From NCBI GenBank assembly GCA_963707025.1, contig CAVPOM010000003.1, positions 64,001-128,000 of the forward strand: DNA of 64,000 nt. The letters run 5' to 3'. Source of the stretch: an uncultured Verrucomicrobiae bacterium (lineage in GTDB: Bacteria > Verrucomicrobiota > Verrucomicrobiia > Limisphaerales > Palsa-1400). The notes beneath the pieces were generated by a model that saw only the letters and a list, made by a program, of their open reading frames with translations, was not told the origin of the DNA and did not search any database. Positions 1-9,983 of the stretch are shown one piece after another. Numbering within the stretch: position 1 is the stretch's first letter; each line of letters begins with the position of its first letter. A program made the position numbers and the translations under genes.

Positions 1-1878
1 GAATTGGAAAGCGCGCCGGCGTTGTAAAGCGCAGGGGGAGGGCCGACATAGCCCACCGTGTTTCCGAAGTAGGCGGCGCCCATCAAATTGAGAGAACTGC
101 CCGGCAGATTGTTCCAGGTCAAGGGCTGTCCGGCATAGACGGCTACGTTCGAGATCAGGGCCCTGCCGGCATTGGTGATGTTACGGTACAAGGTGAAATT
201 GTTGGAAATAACAAGCAGCGAGCCGGTGGAACTGACGTTGAGCGAACCGGCGCCCTGAGCGGCGCCCGCATCCAGCGTGAGCACACCGTCCATCGTCAGA
301 TTGCCTGGCCCGTCAATTCTGCCACTGGTCAGCACCACCAGGTTGTTGGTCATCACCTGATCTGCCGCCAGCCAAAAATCCCCTTCGTAAATCGTATAGA
401 GTCCGGCCCCGGTAAATGTGGCGGTGGATTCTTGCACGTTTGTGCCCTGCCAGAAAAGCAATTGAGCGCCCGTGGCGACATTGCATTGGCCGGAGTTCGT
501 GCCCCATTCCATGTAAAGCGTGCCGGTCTGCACGTCGAGCAAGCCCAGATTGAGAAAGTAAGGAGACGGGGCGGGGGGATTGTCGGGGGCAAAGTTCATT
601 GGGTTGGAGCTGACGGATTTGCGGAAGGTCCCGGCGTTGTAGAAGAAACTCGGACTGGCGCCGGCGCCGCCCTGGAGATACGCGCTGTTTTCAGCGGTGA
701 ACGTGCCGCCGGCAAGATTGTTGAAGACCGCGCCGTTGTCCATTTGGATGGTGTCCCCGTCCGTGAGCCAGGTCGCCGCGCCGGCGTTATTGATGGTGCA
801 GCCGGAAATGGTCTTAAGGAAAATGTTGCTGATAATTAAGAGCGAATTGCTGTCAATGTTGACCTGCGGCCCGGCAAAGGTGCCGCTTTCCCATATCAGC
901 GTGCCGGGCAAGCCCGGGGAACCGGAGATGTTGACGGATCCCGAGCCGTCCAGTGTGAAAGCATGATAATCCAGCGTGCCGGGGCTGGGATCGGCCAGGC
1001 CGACCTGGAGCAGGCCGTTGATGGTTGTTTCTATGCCGTTGTAAAGTAGAAACGTGCCCGGGCCATTGATGAAATTGGTGCAGTTGGTCTGGACGGCGAA
1101 CGGGCCGTTGATCTCGAGGACCGCGTTGGAGGTGATGTTGGTGAAGAAACCCCGTCCCAGGCTGTTGGTCCAGAAGATGTTGTCCGACTCGATAAAAAGT
1201 GTTCCATTCTGGGTTTGGACAAAACCGTTATTGTCAAAGACCAGCGCATTGCCGCTTCCGGCGCTGCTAAACACCGAGTTGTTTCCGATGCTGGTGAACT
1301 GCGCGTTGGAGGTGATGGTGAGCTGATTGGTTCCGGAGGAAAAATTAATGGTGGCGCCGTTCATCAACTCGATCTGCCCGATGTCATAAAGGGTCGAGCC
1401 GTTCGCATAGAGGGTGCCGCCGTTCAAAAACAGCAAGGCCCCAGACATGATGTTGGCCGTGGCGCCGAACAACTGGTCGTTCAGGCTGTTCCATTGATTT
1501 TGAATGTTGAGGGTCGAGCCATTGAAGGTGGTCGTGCTGGAATTGACCGTCAGCACCGAAAAATCGCCGCCCACAATATTGGCCGCCGCGTTTAACGTGT
1601 CGAAGGACACCAGGTTCGGACCGACCACGCACTCGGTACTCGCTGAGGACGACATAGACCGTGTCCCCCGCGCCGGGAAGGTGCGTGGACGGCACCACGA
1701 TTGGATTCAATTCAAAATACCAGTTGTTCAAGCTGAACCAGCTCACGTTGACGTTGCCCATCGAGTCGGCGGTGGGTTGGAAATAGAGCGTGTCCGCGCG
1801 AACCGACAGAGCGGCCAGCATCAGACAGGCCGGGAACAAGCGACGGGAAAAAAGACGAATTACGGAAAAGGTTTTCAC
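1..1878 (-). CDS. Large secreted beta-helix/autotransporter-passenger-like protein (5' part; runs off the left edge; one frameshift near 1640-1660)
   Basis: GTG at 1878 preceded by AAAGGA. Signal peptide (VKTFSVIRLFSRRLFPACLMLAALSVRA). After a frame change, a long N/G/T/S-rich open frame (…WESGTF…TINNAGAATW…FYNAGTFRKS…) continues to position 1. Confidence 0.75.
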
Positions 1879-1902
1879 AGGGAATTCCTTTCGCGAAGGA
1901 CT

Positions 1903-2912
1903 TAGAGCGTTTCCATAAATGATATAGCTTGACTGGGGCGAGAGGGCTGGCAGGCTTGAGCCATGCGAGCGATACCCGTGTCTGCGCGCGAGCGCATCCT
2001 GCAACTCTATGAACAAGGCAAAAGCACCCGCGAGATCGCGGACTTTTTCGGCTTTTGCGTGGCGGCGGTGCGCCGGGTCCGGCAGCAGTTCCAAGAGCGC
2101 GGCACGCTCCAGCCGCAAACCCATTTGTGCGGGCGCAAAACGCTGCTGAACGCCGGACGCCAGGCTCGCCTGCAAAAGCTGGTGGCGGCCCAGCCCGACG
2201 CGACGTTGGCCGAGTTGGGGGCGCGTCTGGACCGCCCTTTCGGGACCTCCACTGTGGATTTGTGGCTGCGCAAACTGGGGTTGAGCTATAAAAAAAACGC
2301 TCTGCGCCGCCGAGCAGAACCGTCCGGAACGTGGCCGAAAAGCGGGCCCATTGGCATGAGCGTCTGGCAAGTGACCCACCTGCCCGACTGGTCTTCGTGG
2401 ATGAAAGCGGGGCCAACACCAAGATGACCCGTTTTTGCGGGCGGTCACCCGTGGGCCGAAAGACTGGCGGCCCACGTCCCGCAGGGACATTATCAGACCA
2501 CCACCCTGGTCTGCGCCATTCGTCTGGCCGGGCCTGCGGCCCCCTGCCTCTTTGAGGGGGCCATGGACGGGGAAATGTTTTTGGCCTGGATCCAGCAGGG
2601 GCTGGTGGTGGAGTTGCGCAAGGGTGACTTGGTCATCATGGACAACTTGGCCACGCATAAGGTGACCGGAGTCCGCCAAGCCATCGAAGAGGCCGGGGCA
2701 ACGCTGCTGTATCTGCCGCCCTATTCGCCAGACTTTAATCCCATCGAAAATATGTGGAGCAAGGTCAAACAAATTATGCGAGGTCTCGCGCCGCGAACCG
2801 CCAAGGAACTGCTCCAAGCGGCGAAGATTGCCTTTGAAGCCATCTCCACCGCCGATTGCCGGGGCTTCTTTTTAAACGCCCGCTACGCTACATGATTTAT
2901 GGAAATGCTCTA
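1903..2912 (+). mobile_element. IS630-family insertion sequence
   Basis: Terminal inverted repeats TAGAGCGTTTCCATAAATGATATAGC / GCTACATGATTTATGGAAATGCTCTA with TA at both ends, enclosing an IS630 transposase. Confidence 0.93.
1963..2895 (+). CDS. IS630 transposase (HTH orfA plus DDE orfB; A8 slippery site at 2290-2297; two extra +1 indels near 2329 and 2460)
   Basis: Motifs PDATLAEL, LVFVDESG, VIMDNLATHK and LYLPPYSPDFNPIENMWSKVK are spread over three frames. Confidence 0.88.
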
Positions 2913-2966
2913 GACTGCGCACGGCCCAGGCTTCACGGGTTTCGGTTATTACGGCTGAGACTGGCC

Positions 2967-2995
2967 AATGTAGCACCGCCCAACCGTCCATGCAA
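2967..2995 (-). promoter_or_regulatory. Putative sigma70 promoter (TTGCAT-17 bp-TACATT, extended TG) facing the large secreted-protein gene
   Basis: The minus strand reads TTGCAT ggacggttgggcggtgc TACATT. Confidence 0.5.
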
Positions 2996-3029
2996 GATTT
3001 TTGGCTGATGGCATAAGCCTCCGGGCGCA

Positions 3030-3198
3030 TCCTGACCCTGCTGCCGGAGGAGTGCGGCCGTCCCCGGCCGCAGCCAGCCAGGGATTGTTTGGGTGCTCAG
3101 GAAAATCACCGCCGTGCCGTGCTGCCCACGCTGCTGCGCCCGGGGACGGCCGCACTCCTGTGGCCTTCTTGCGCCTGACGCCGGTAGCAGGGTCAAGA
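3030..3198. repeat. REPIN-like element: inverted GGAG-type REP pair (3049-3074 / 3133-3158) inside outer inverted arms
   Basis: GGAGTGCGGCCGTCCCCGGCCGCAGC … GCTGCGCCCGGGGACGGCCGCACTCC. Outer arms TCCTGACCCTGCTGCCGG / CCGGTAGCAGGGTCAAGA. The same REP occurs at 16204-16313 and 36235-36260. Confidence 0.8.
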
Positions 3199-3220
3199 GG
3201 TGAGCCGTGGCCAAGGAAGA

Positions 3221-3296
3221 TGGTGGAGCCGAGGGGATTCGAACCCCTGACCCCCACAATGCCATTGTGGTGCTCTACCAACTGAGCTACGACCCC
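3221..3296 (-). tRNA. tRNA-Ala (anticodon GGC)
   Basis: GGGGTCGTAGCTCAGTTGGTAGAGCACCACAATGGCATTGTGGGGGTCAGGGGTTCGAATCCCCTCGGCTCCACCA. Cloverleaf, G3:U70 pair and encoded CCA. Confidence 0.97.
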
Positions 3297-3443
3297 CATC
3301 TCATTAACGACATCCCACATTAGGGTTCCGCCCCCAAAGTTTCAATCCCAATTTGCATTTTTTCCCGTCTCACTTTCCAAGGCGGGCAAGGCCGGGCGCA
3401 GCGCCTTCTTGCGCGCGGGAGGAAAAACCAATACAAAGACGGG

Positions 3444-5270
3444 GTGTCAACCAATCCGCTGATGGAAATTCGCAAGTTGCGGCTGCAGAAAGCCGCGGCG
3501 GCGCGCGCCCTGGGCCTGAATCCCTACCCGTCGCGCGCCAAGAGAACGCATTACGCCAAAACGATTTTGGACGATTTTGAGGGGCTCAAAGGCGCGGCCG
3601 TGACGGTGGCGGGACGGCTGGTGTCGTGGCGCAAACAAGGGGCGCTGGCCTTCGGCCATGTGCAGGACCAAACCGGACGCATCCAGTTGTTCTGCCGCCG
3701 CCAACTCGTGCAGCCCACCGGCCAGGCGGCGGGGAATCTGGGCTACAGCGACGCCAATTTGCTGGACCTGGGAGACATCGTGGAGGCGGCGGGGGAGGTG
3801 ATGAAAACCGAGCGCGGGGAAGTTTCCGTGCTGGTGCATTCCCTGCGCCTGCTGAGCAAGGCCATCCGCCCGCTGCCCGATCAATGGTCGGGATTGAAAG
3901 ACCGGGAACAGGTGCTGCGCAAGCGTTACCTGGACACCATTCTGGAGCGGTCGTCCTTCGACCGCTTCGGCGCGATCAGCCGGATGGTGGCGGCGGTGCG
4001 CGCCTTCTTGAACGGGCGGGGCTTCCTGGAATTTCAAACGCCTGTCATCCAGCCGCAATACGGCGGGGGGACGGCCAAGCCGTTCAAGACGCATGTCAAC
4101 GCGCTGGGCTGCGAAATGTATCTGGCCATTTCCCACGAGCTTTATCTCAAGCGGCTGATCGTGGCGGGCTTCGACAAGGTCTATACCATCGGGCGCTACT
4201 TCCGCAACGAAGGCATTGACCGGAGCCATCACCCGGAGTTTTCCATGGTGGAAACGATGGCGGCCTACGAGAATTACGAATACAACATGAACCTGGTCGA
4301 GGAAATGTTCCGCCAGGTCGGGGTCAGCGCCTTTGGCCGGACGGAGTTCCAGGTGCGCGGGCACCGGATTGATTTCAACCAGCCCTGGCGCCGGGTCAGC
4401 ATGGCCGGGGCGGTCCAGGAAAAAACGGGCGTGGATTTTCGCGAGTGCCGCAGCGCGGAAGAGGCCAACGCCAAACTGGCCGGGCTGGGCATCCACCAAC
4501 CGCAGCCCAGCGCGGGGGAGGCGCTCGTGAAGGCTTTCGAGTTGACAGTGGAACCGGCCCTGATCCAGCCGACGCTGGTCTTTGGGCATCCGGTGGAGAT
4601 TTCGCCCCTGGCCAAGCCGATGGCGGAGGACCCGCGCTTTGCGGAGCGATTCGAGATTTTCATCGCCGGCATGGAATGCGGGGACAATTGGTCGGAACAA
4701 AACGATCCGGCGCAATTGCTGGAGACCTTCCGCAAGGCCTACCGCGCCGAGGAGCGGGACACGGGCAAGTTCCACACCATGGACTACGATTTCATCGAGG
4801 CGCTGGAATATGGCATGCCGCCCACCACCGGCATCGGGCCGGGGGTGGAACGGATGGCCATGATTTTCACGGAGCAGGAAAATATAGATGACGTGATTTT
4901 CTTTCCCATGATGCGGCCGTCGGTCTCGCCGCTGAACGCGGCGATTTACGAGATCGGCGCGGCGGAACTGGCGCCGGTGGAGGACCTGGCGCTGTCCTGG
5001 GAGGATTTTGAGGCGCTGTGCAACGAGGGGCTGCTCAAACCGCACGCCAAGAATCTGGCGGTGCATCCGCGGGTGCGGCATTGGGGCGCGGTGGAGGCGA
5101 CCGGGCAGATTGATATCGAGGGCTTTTTGCCCAACAGCGTGCTGCGGCTGGCGGGATTCAAAGTGGCGGCGGAGGAATCCTCCTTTGGCGGCGAGCTTGT
5201 GCAATTCTTGAAGAACAAATTTGTTGACTGTCACATCACCGTGTCGCCGACAACGGTGTCGCGCGGTTGA
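3444..5270 (+). CDS. lysS: Lysine--tRNA ligase (class II) with a C-terminal extension of about 110 aa
   Basis: OB-fold N-terminus, ELYLKRLIVAGFDKVY, motif 2 FRNEGID..HPEF, and ALEYGMPPT.G.G.G..R. Confidence 0.93.
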   Translation: MSTNPLMEIRKLRLQKAAAARALGLNPYPSRAKRTHYAKTILDDFEGLKGAAVTVAGRLVSWRKQGALAFGHVQDQTGRIQLFCRRQLVQPTGQAAGNLGYSDANLLDLGDIVEAAGEVMKTERGEVSVLVHSLRLLSKAIRPLPDQWSGLKDREQVLRKRYLDTILERSSFDRFGAISRMVAAVRAFLNGRGFLEFQTPVIQPQYGGGTAKPFKTHVNALGCEMYLAISHELYLKRLIVAGFDKVYTIGRYFRNEGIDRSHHPEFSMVETMAAYENYEYNMNLVEEMFRQVGVSAFGRTEFQVRGHRIDFNQPWRRVSMAGAVQEKTGVDFRECRSAEEANAKLAGLGIHQPQPSAGEALVKAFELTVEPALIQPTLVFGHPVEISPLAKPMAEDPRFAERFEIFIAGMECGDNWSEQNDPAQLLETFRKAYRAEERDTGKFHTMDYDFIEALEYGMPPTTGIGPGVERMAMIFTEQENIDDVIFFPMMRPSVSPLNAAIYEIGAAELAPVEDLALSWEDFEALCNEGLLKPHAKNLAVHPRVRHWGAVEATGQIDIEGFLPNSVLRLAGFKVAAEESSFGGELVQFLKNKFVDCHITVSPTTVSRG

Positions 5271-5272
5271 TT

Positions 5273-5378
5273 CCTTGCAAAGTCGAGGCTGCCGCTCGAC
5301 ATCGGGGCGCGGCGCCGGCTCTGCAACAATTACGATGCCGGCCGCTCGAAAAGCGGGAGCAAGCTCCCGCACTCCAAA
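5273..5378. repeat. REP-like palindromes between convergent lysS and ileS
   Basis: GTCGAGGCTGCCGCTCGAC unit (homologous to 61291-61380) and AAAGCGGGAGCAAGCTCCCGCACTCC (GGAG-type hairpin). Confidence 0.65.
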
Positions 5379-5388
5379 ATGCGCCGGC

Positions 5389-8277
5389 TCAACTGTCGTG
5401 CTGTTTGACAGCTTCGGCGCAACGGCCGCAGATGGTGGGATATCCCGGGGCGGAGCCGACGTCGGTTTCCCAGTGCCAGCAACGCTCGCATTTCTGGCCG
5501 TCGGCTTTTTCTACTTTAACCTCAACCCCTTTTGCATCACTGCGAACTCGCATCGAAGACACGTTGAGAAGTTCCTGAAGTTCCAAAAACATTTTTGAAA
5601 TATCCATCGGTTCGTTTTCCACATAAACCCAAACCTTAGCCTCCAATGCCTTGCCAATTATTTTGGATTGGCGAGCTTTCTCCAATTCAGGCAGAGCGAT
5701 GGCGCGAATTTCAAACAGTCTTTTCCAGAAAGCTTGTTCACCTTCCGGCAAGACAAAACACGCGGGTTTGAATTCGCCTTCGTGAATCGAACTAACTGGC
5801 TTGCCGGGCACGAATTCCCAGGCTTCGTCGGCGGTGAACACCAGGATGGGCGAAAGCATTTGGCACAGGCCAGTGACGAGGCGGTGGAGGGCGGTTTGGG
5901 TGGAGCGGCGGCGATGGGAATTGGCCGGGTCGGTGTAGAGCCGGTCTTTGATGACGTCGTGGTAAATGGAGGACAGTTCGACGGCGACGAACTGGCTGAC
6001 TTTTTGATAGACGACGTGGAATTCGTATTGGTCGTAAGCAGCGAGGACTTCGTCTTCGAGTTTTGAAAATTCGCCGAGAATCCAGCGGTCCAGGCCAGTG
6101 AGTTTATCGTCGGCCACGGTGTTTTTGGCGGGGTCGAAATCGTAGAGATTGGAGAGCTGATAGCGTAGCGCGTTGCGGATGGCGCGATAGGTCTCGCCGA
6201 CTTTATTGATGCGCTCCTCGCTGACCACGATGTCGCTGCGATAGTCCTGCGAGGCGACCCAGAGGCGGACCACGTCCGCGCCATATTTTTTGACGTAGGC
6301 CCCGGCGGTCTGGGGTTTGTCGTAGCCGGGCTGGCTCTGTTTGCTTTTGGAGATTTTTTCCCGGTCGGCGTCCACCATGAACCCATGAGTCAATACCAAT
6401 TTAAAGGGGGCGGCGCCGTTGCCCGCCAGCGAAAGCAGCAGGGAGGATTGGAACCAGCCGCGATGCTGGTCGCTGCCCTCGAGGTACATATCGGCTTGAA
6501 AGGGCGTTTCCCGGCCCCGGATTTCCTGGCGGCGGGCGATGACGGCGCGGGAGGTGGAGCCGGAATCAATCCAGACATCGAGGGTATCGCTGGATTTGGA
6601 GGCGGCCTCGGGGCCCGGCCAGTCCTTTGGTTTGACAAGCGACCACAGTTCCGGCGCGGATTTTTCGAACCAGACGTTGGAGCCGTGTTTCTCGACCAGA
6701 TCGGCGGTGTGGCGGACGATTTGCGCATCCAGAATCGGTGCGCCCCTGGCGTCATAAAAGGCGGGAATGGGGACGCCCCAGGAGCGCTGGCGCGAGATGC
6801 ACCAGTCGGGGCGGCTCTCCACGGCGCTTTTGATGCGGTTGACACCCCAGGCGGGAATCCACTCCACCCGGTCAATTTCGGCGAGGGCGGCGGCACGGAA
6901 GGTTGGGGAAGTTGGCGGCGGACTTCCTTGCGCCGCCACCCTTGAAAAAGGATGGTCAATACGAATAAACCACTGGTCCATGGCGCGGTAGATGACGGGT
7001 GTTTTGCTGCGCCAGCAAAAGGGGTAGCTGTGCTGGTAATTTTCCTCGTGCAGGAGGGCCTGGCGGAGGCGCAGTTCGTGGAGGACGGCCACGTTGGCGT
7101 CGCTCCGGCCGTGTTTTTCCAAAGTGGATTTGCCGATCATCTCCGGGGGCATTTGCTGGTTTTGCGGCAGATCGCTGGTGTAAGTGAATGCCCCGTCGTC
7201 ATCAATGGGTGAATAAATGGGCAGGCCGTTCTGGCGTCCCAGTTGGTAGTCCTCCAGGCCGTGGCCAGGGGCGACATGCACGAAACCGGTGCCGGTGGCG
7301 CTTTCGACAAAGGCGTCGCCGGCGTAAAGGCGTCCGGTGCGGGCGCAGAAGGGATGCTGGTATTGGAGGGCGTCCAGTTCGCCGCCCAAAACGGTGCGGA
7401 TGGTTTGGTATTGTTGCCATTGGCATTTGCCGGCGATGGCCGGAAGCAAAGGCGCCAAGATCCAATACTGTTCTTCGCCGACGCGCACGAGGGAGTAGGG
7501 CAAAGTGGAATTAAAGGCGACCGCCAGGTTGGCCGGCAGGGTCCAGGGCGTGGTCGTCCAGATGAGGACGAACTGATTCGGTTCGTTGAGCACCTTGAAT
7601 TTGACATAGATGCTCTGGCTGGTGTGATCATGGTATTCGACTTCGGCCTCGGCCAGGGCGGTGCGGGCGGGGATGCTCCAATAGACGGGCTTTTTTCCGC
7701 GGTAAACGAAACCTTTGTCAACAATATCAGCAAAAAGGCGCAGTTCGTCGGCCTCGTATTCCTTGTTGAGGGTGAGGTAGGGATTTTCCCAATCGCCCAG
7801 GACGCCGAGGCGCTGGAATTGGACGCGCTGGAGGTCAATGAACTTGCGGGCGTAGGCGTCGCAGGCCTGCCGGATGGCGGCGGGGTTGAAGTTCGCCGGC
7901 GAGTCGCCGGCGCCGGCGGGCGGCTCCCCCGCTTTACCCTTGCGCATTTCCTGGGTGACCTTGAATTCGATGGGCAGGCCATGACAATCCCAGCCCGGCA
8001 CGTAAGGGGCGCAGAAGCCGCGCAGGGTTTTGTATTTGACGATGATGTCCTTGAGGATTTTGTTCAGGGCGGTGCCGATGTGGACGTCGCCGTTGGCGAA
8101 TGGGGGTCCGTCATGCAGGACGAATTTGGGCGCGCCGGCGCGGGCGGCCTGGATTTTTTGATAGAGGCCGGCAGCCTGCCATTTTTGCAGGCGCTGCGGC
8201 TCGCGGGCGACCAAATCGGCTTTCATGGGAAAGCCGGTTTGCGGCAGGTTGAGCGTGTCTTTGTAATCGGTTCTCAA
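5389..8277 (-). CDS. ileS: Isoleucine--tRNA ligase (type 1)
   Basis: LHDGPPFANG, GWDCHGLPIE, WTTTPWTLPAN, DWCISRQR, EGSDQHRGWFQS, and a C-terminal CERCW…CGRC zinc finger. Confidence 0.97.
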   Translation of the reverse strand: MRTDYKDTLNLPQTGFPMKADLVAREPQRLQKWQAAGLYQKIQAARAGAPKFVLHDGPPFANGDVHIGTALNKILKDIIVKYKTLRGFCAPYVPGWDCHGLPIEFKVTQEMRKGKAGEPPAGAGDSPANFNPAAIRQACDAYARKFIDLQRVQFQRLGVLGDWENPYLTLNKEYEADELRLFADIVDKGFVYRGKKPVYWSIPARTALAEAEVEYHDHTSQSIYVKFKVLNEPNQFVLIWTTTPWTLPANLAVAFNSTLPYSLVRVGEEQYWILAPLLPAIAGKCQWQQYQTIRTVLGGELDALQYQHPFCARTGRLYAGDAFVESATGTGFVHVAPGHGLEDYQLGRQNGLPIYSPIDDDGAFTYTSDLPQNQQMPPEMIGKSTLEKHGRSDANVAVLHELRLRQALLHEENYQHSYPFCWRSKTPVIYRAMDQWFIRIDHPFSRVAAQGSPPPTSPTFRAAALAEIDRVEWIPAWGVNRIKSAVESRPDWCISRQRSWGVPIPAFYDARGAPILDAQIVRHTADLVEKHGSNVWFEKSAPELWSLVKPKDWPGPEAASKSSDTLDVWIDSGSTSRAVIARRQEIRGRETPFQADMYLEGSDQHRGWFQSSLLLSLAGNGAAPFKLVLTHGFMVDADREKISKSKQSQPGYDKPQTAGAYVKKYGADVVRLWVASQDYRSDIVVSEERINKVGETYRAIRNALRYQLSNLYDFDPAKNTVADDKLTGLDRWILGEFSKLEDEVLAAYDQYEFHVVYQKVSQFVAVELSSIYHDVIKDRLYTDPANSHRRRSTQTALHRLVTGLCQMLSPILVFTADEAWEFVPGKPVSSIHEGEFKPACFVLPEGEQAFWKRLFEIRAIALPELEKARQSKIIGKALEAKVWVYVENEPMDISKMFLELQELLNVSSMRVRSDAKGVEVKVEKADGQKCERCWHWETDVGSAPGYPTICGRCAEAVKQHDS

Positions 8278-8365
8278 GATTGGTTAAGAGTGCAGAGTGC
8301 AGAGTGCAAAGTCAAAAAAGGTTTCATTCACGGTGGAGATGGGGCGGGAAGTAAATTTACTGAGA

Positions 8366-8491
8366 TTAAGTGAAAATGAATGGGAGGCATAGGCCGCATG
8401 GGACGGTGGCCAAACGCTCGGAAACGGAACGATACTTCTCCACTTCAGCGTCCAGATCAGCTTTGAAACGGCTGCTAAAAACAGCTTTCAC
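8366..8491 (-). pseudogene. Truncated RelE/ParE-like toxin remnant
   Basis: GTGA overlap with the antitoxin stop. MKAVFSSRFKADLDAEVEKYRSVSERLA resembles a ParE N-terminus, and the frame stops after 41 aa. Confidence 0.5.
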
Positions 8492-8700
8492 GACGCCCTG
8501 CCGAAAACTTCGTGGAAAGCCAAACCCTTATCTTTCTGCGACAACAACTCTTCGAGGCGGCTGTTTAGCTCGCCTTTGATCTCCGCGTCCGTGCGGGAAT
8601 CGGTTTCCAGGCTCTGAATCATCAACCTTGCCAAAGCCGCCCGGTCTTCGGGCGACAAGGACAGTGCTTCTTCGGCCACAGTTAAATTCTTTAGCGGCAT
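8488..8700 (-). CDS. Putative addiction-module antitoxin
   Basis: EEALSLSPEDRAALARLMIQSL…ELNSRLEEL pattern typical of addiction-module components. Confidence 0.75.
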   Translation of the reverse strand: MPLKNLTVAEEALSLSPEDRAALARLMIQSLETDSRTDAEIKGELNSRLEELLSQKDKGLAFHEVFGRAS

Positions 8701-8862
8701 GAGCAAATTGTACCGCAAATTATTGCCGACGCAAGGTTTTTAGCTGGAGACCGTGGGAGCGGTATCGCTCACAAAGCGGTGGAACCCAGCCGGCGGGGGC
8801 GCCGACTGGAACATCCCGATTCGGAATCGGGACGTGTGCTCCCCGGAAGCACCCATAATCCG

Positions 8863-9972
8863 TCAATGATGGGCGTGGGCGAAGAGGAGGAGGAGGCCGC
8901 CGACGGCGAGGGCGCCCAGGACGGCCAGGGTGATTTTGATCCAGCTCTTGGGGTACTTGCCGGCGATGGTCCCGGTGTAGCCGTTGATGACGACTTGGAA
9001 ATGTTTTGCGCCATAGTCGTAGGTGAGCAGCCAGATGGGCACCAGAATGTGCTTGAAGGTCTGGCCGCTGTAGTCGCTCTGGACTTGCAGGTTGCGCTGG
9101 GTGTCGCCGGGGACCTGGGCGGAGCAAAGGTGCTCCATTGCGGCATCCATGTCTGCGCGGGCTTCCTGGGCGGCGGTGACGAGGTCAATTTGGTAGCGTT
9201 CCACCACCCAGCCGGAAAGGAAGGCGGCGTTGTAGGGGGACAGTTCCTTGGTGGGGAACGGCTCGATGCGGCGCAACATTTCGGGATGGACGCCGCGGGA
9301 GGCCGGCTCCAGTTCGTCGTCGAAGAAATGGTCCACGGCGCCGGAACTGGGGACCCAGCGGACTTTCTGTACTTGACGGGTCTGGGTGTTGCCGTTGGCG
9401 TCGCGGTAGGTCTCGGTCTCGTAGTAGTAATAGCCGCTTTCGGCGGTCCAGTCGGCGTGGACCTGGGCGTCGAAGGTCCAATAGGGGATGTAGAGACCCT
9501 TGGCGGTGTCGGTCAGGGCGGCGTCTTTGAGGCGGTTGGGGGCGAACCAGCGGGTGGCATACCAGCGGCGAATGTCGTCGCGCGCCTGGTTTTCGGCCAG
9601 CTTCATGGGCAGGAGGCTTTCCGGACGGAAGGCGGCCTTGATTTCCTCGTAGGGAACCAGGGCGGAGGAGCCGCAGAAATCGCAGCGCTGGCTGACGTGG
9701 GCGGGATCGAAGACGGAGATGGCCTGGCAGCTCTGGCATTTGACGGAGATTTTTTCGGCCTGCCAGCCGCGCTGGTCGTCGGGGATGCCGCGCAAGGCGG
9801 CCACCAGATCATGTTCCACGATGACTTCCTTGCCGGCGGCGTTGAGTTCGGCCTGGGCCGGGGAGACGGTGCCGCAGAAGGGGCAGAGGATGGCCTTTTT
9901 GGCGGGGTTCCATTGGGCTTCGCCGCCGCAGGAGGGGCAACTGAACTTTTTTTTGGCGGTGGCGTCGCTCAT
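8863..9972 (-). CDS. Zinc-ribbon membrane-anchored protein (SPFH partner)
   Basis: Four CxxC pairs (CPSCG, CPFCG, CQSCQ, CDFCG), YIPYWTFD and a C-terminal TM helix. Confidence 0.8.
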   Translation of the reverse strand: MSDATAKKKFSCPSCGGEAQWNPAKKAILCPFCGTVSPAQAELNAAGKEVIVEHDLVAALRGIPDDQRGWQAEKISVKCQSCQAISVFDPAHVSQRCDFCGSSALVPYEEIKAAFRPESLLPMKLAENQARDDIRRWYATRWFAPNRLKDAALTDTAKGLYIPYWTFDAQVHADWTAESGYYYYETETYRDANGNTQTRQVQKVRWVPSSGAVDHFFDDELEPASRGVHPEMLRRIEPFPTKELSPYNAAFLSGWVVERYQIDLVTAAQEARADMDAAMEHLCSAQVPGDTQRNLQVQSDYSGQTFKHILVPIWLLTYDYGAKHFQVVINGYTGTIAGKYPKSWIKITLAVLGALAVGGLLLLFAHAHH

Positions 9973-9983
9973 GGAGCGGGAAG

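Noticed and set aside
3221..3296. tRNA-Ala as the integration site of a genomic island
   Set aside because: No integrase and no duplicated tRNA 3' end are visible in the window.
2949..3320. ORFs overlapping the tRNA and REPIN
   Set aside because: They are shadow ORFs across the tRNA-Ala and palindromic repeats.
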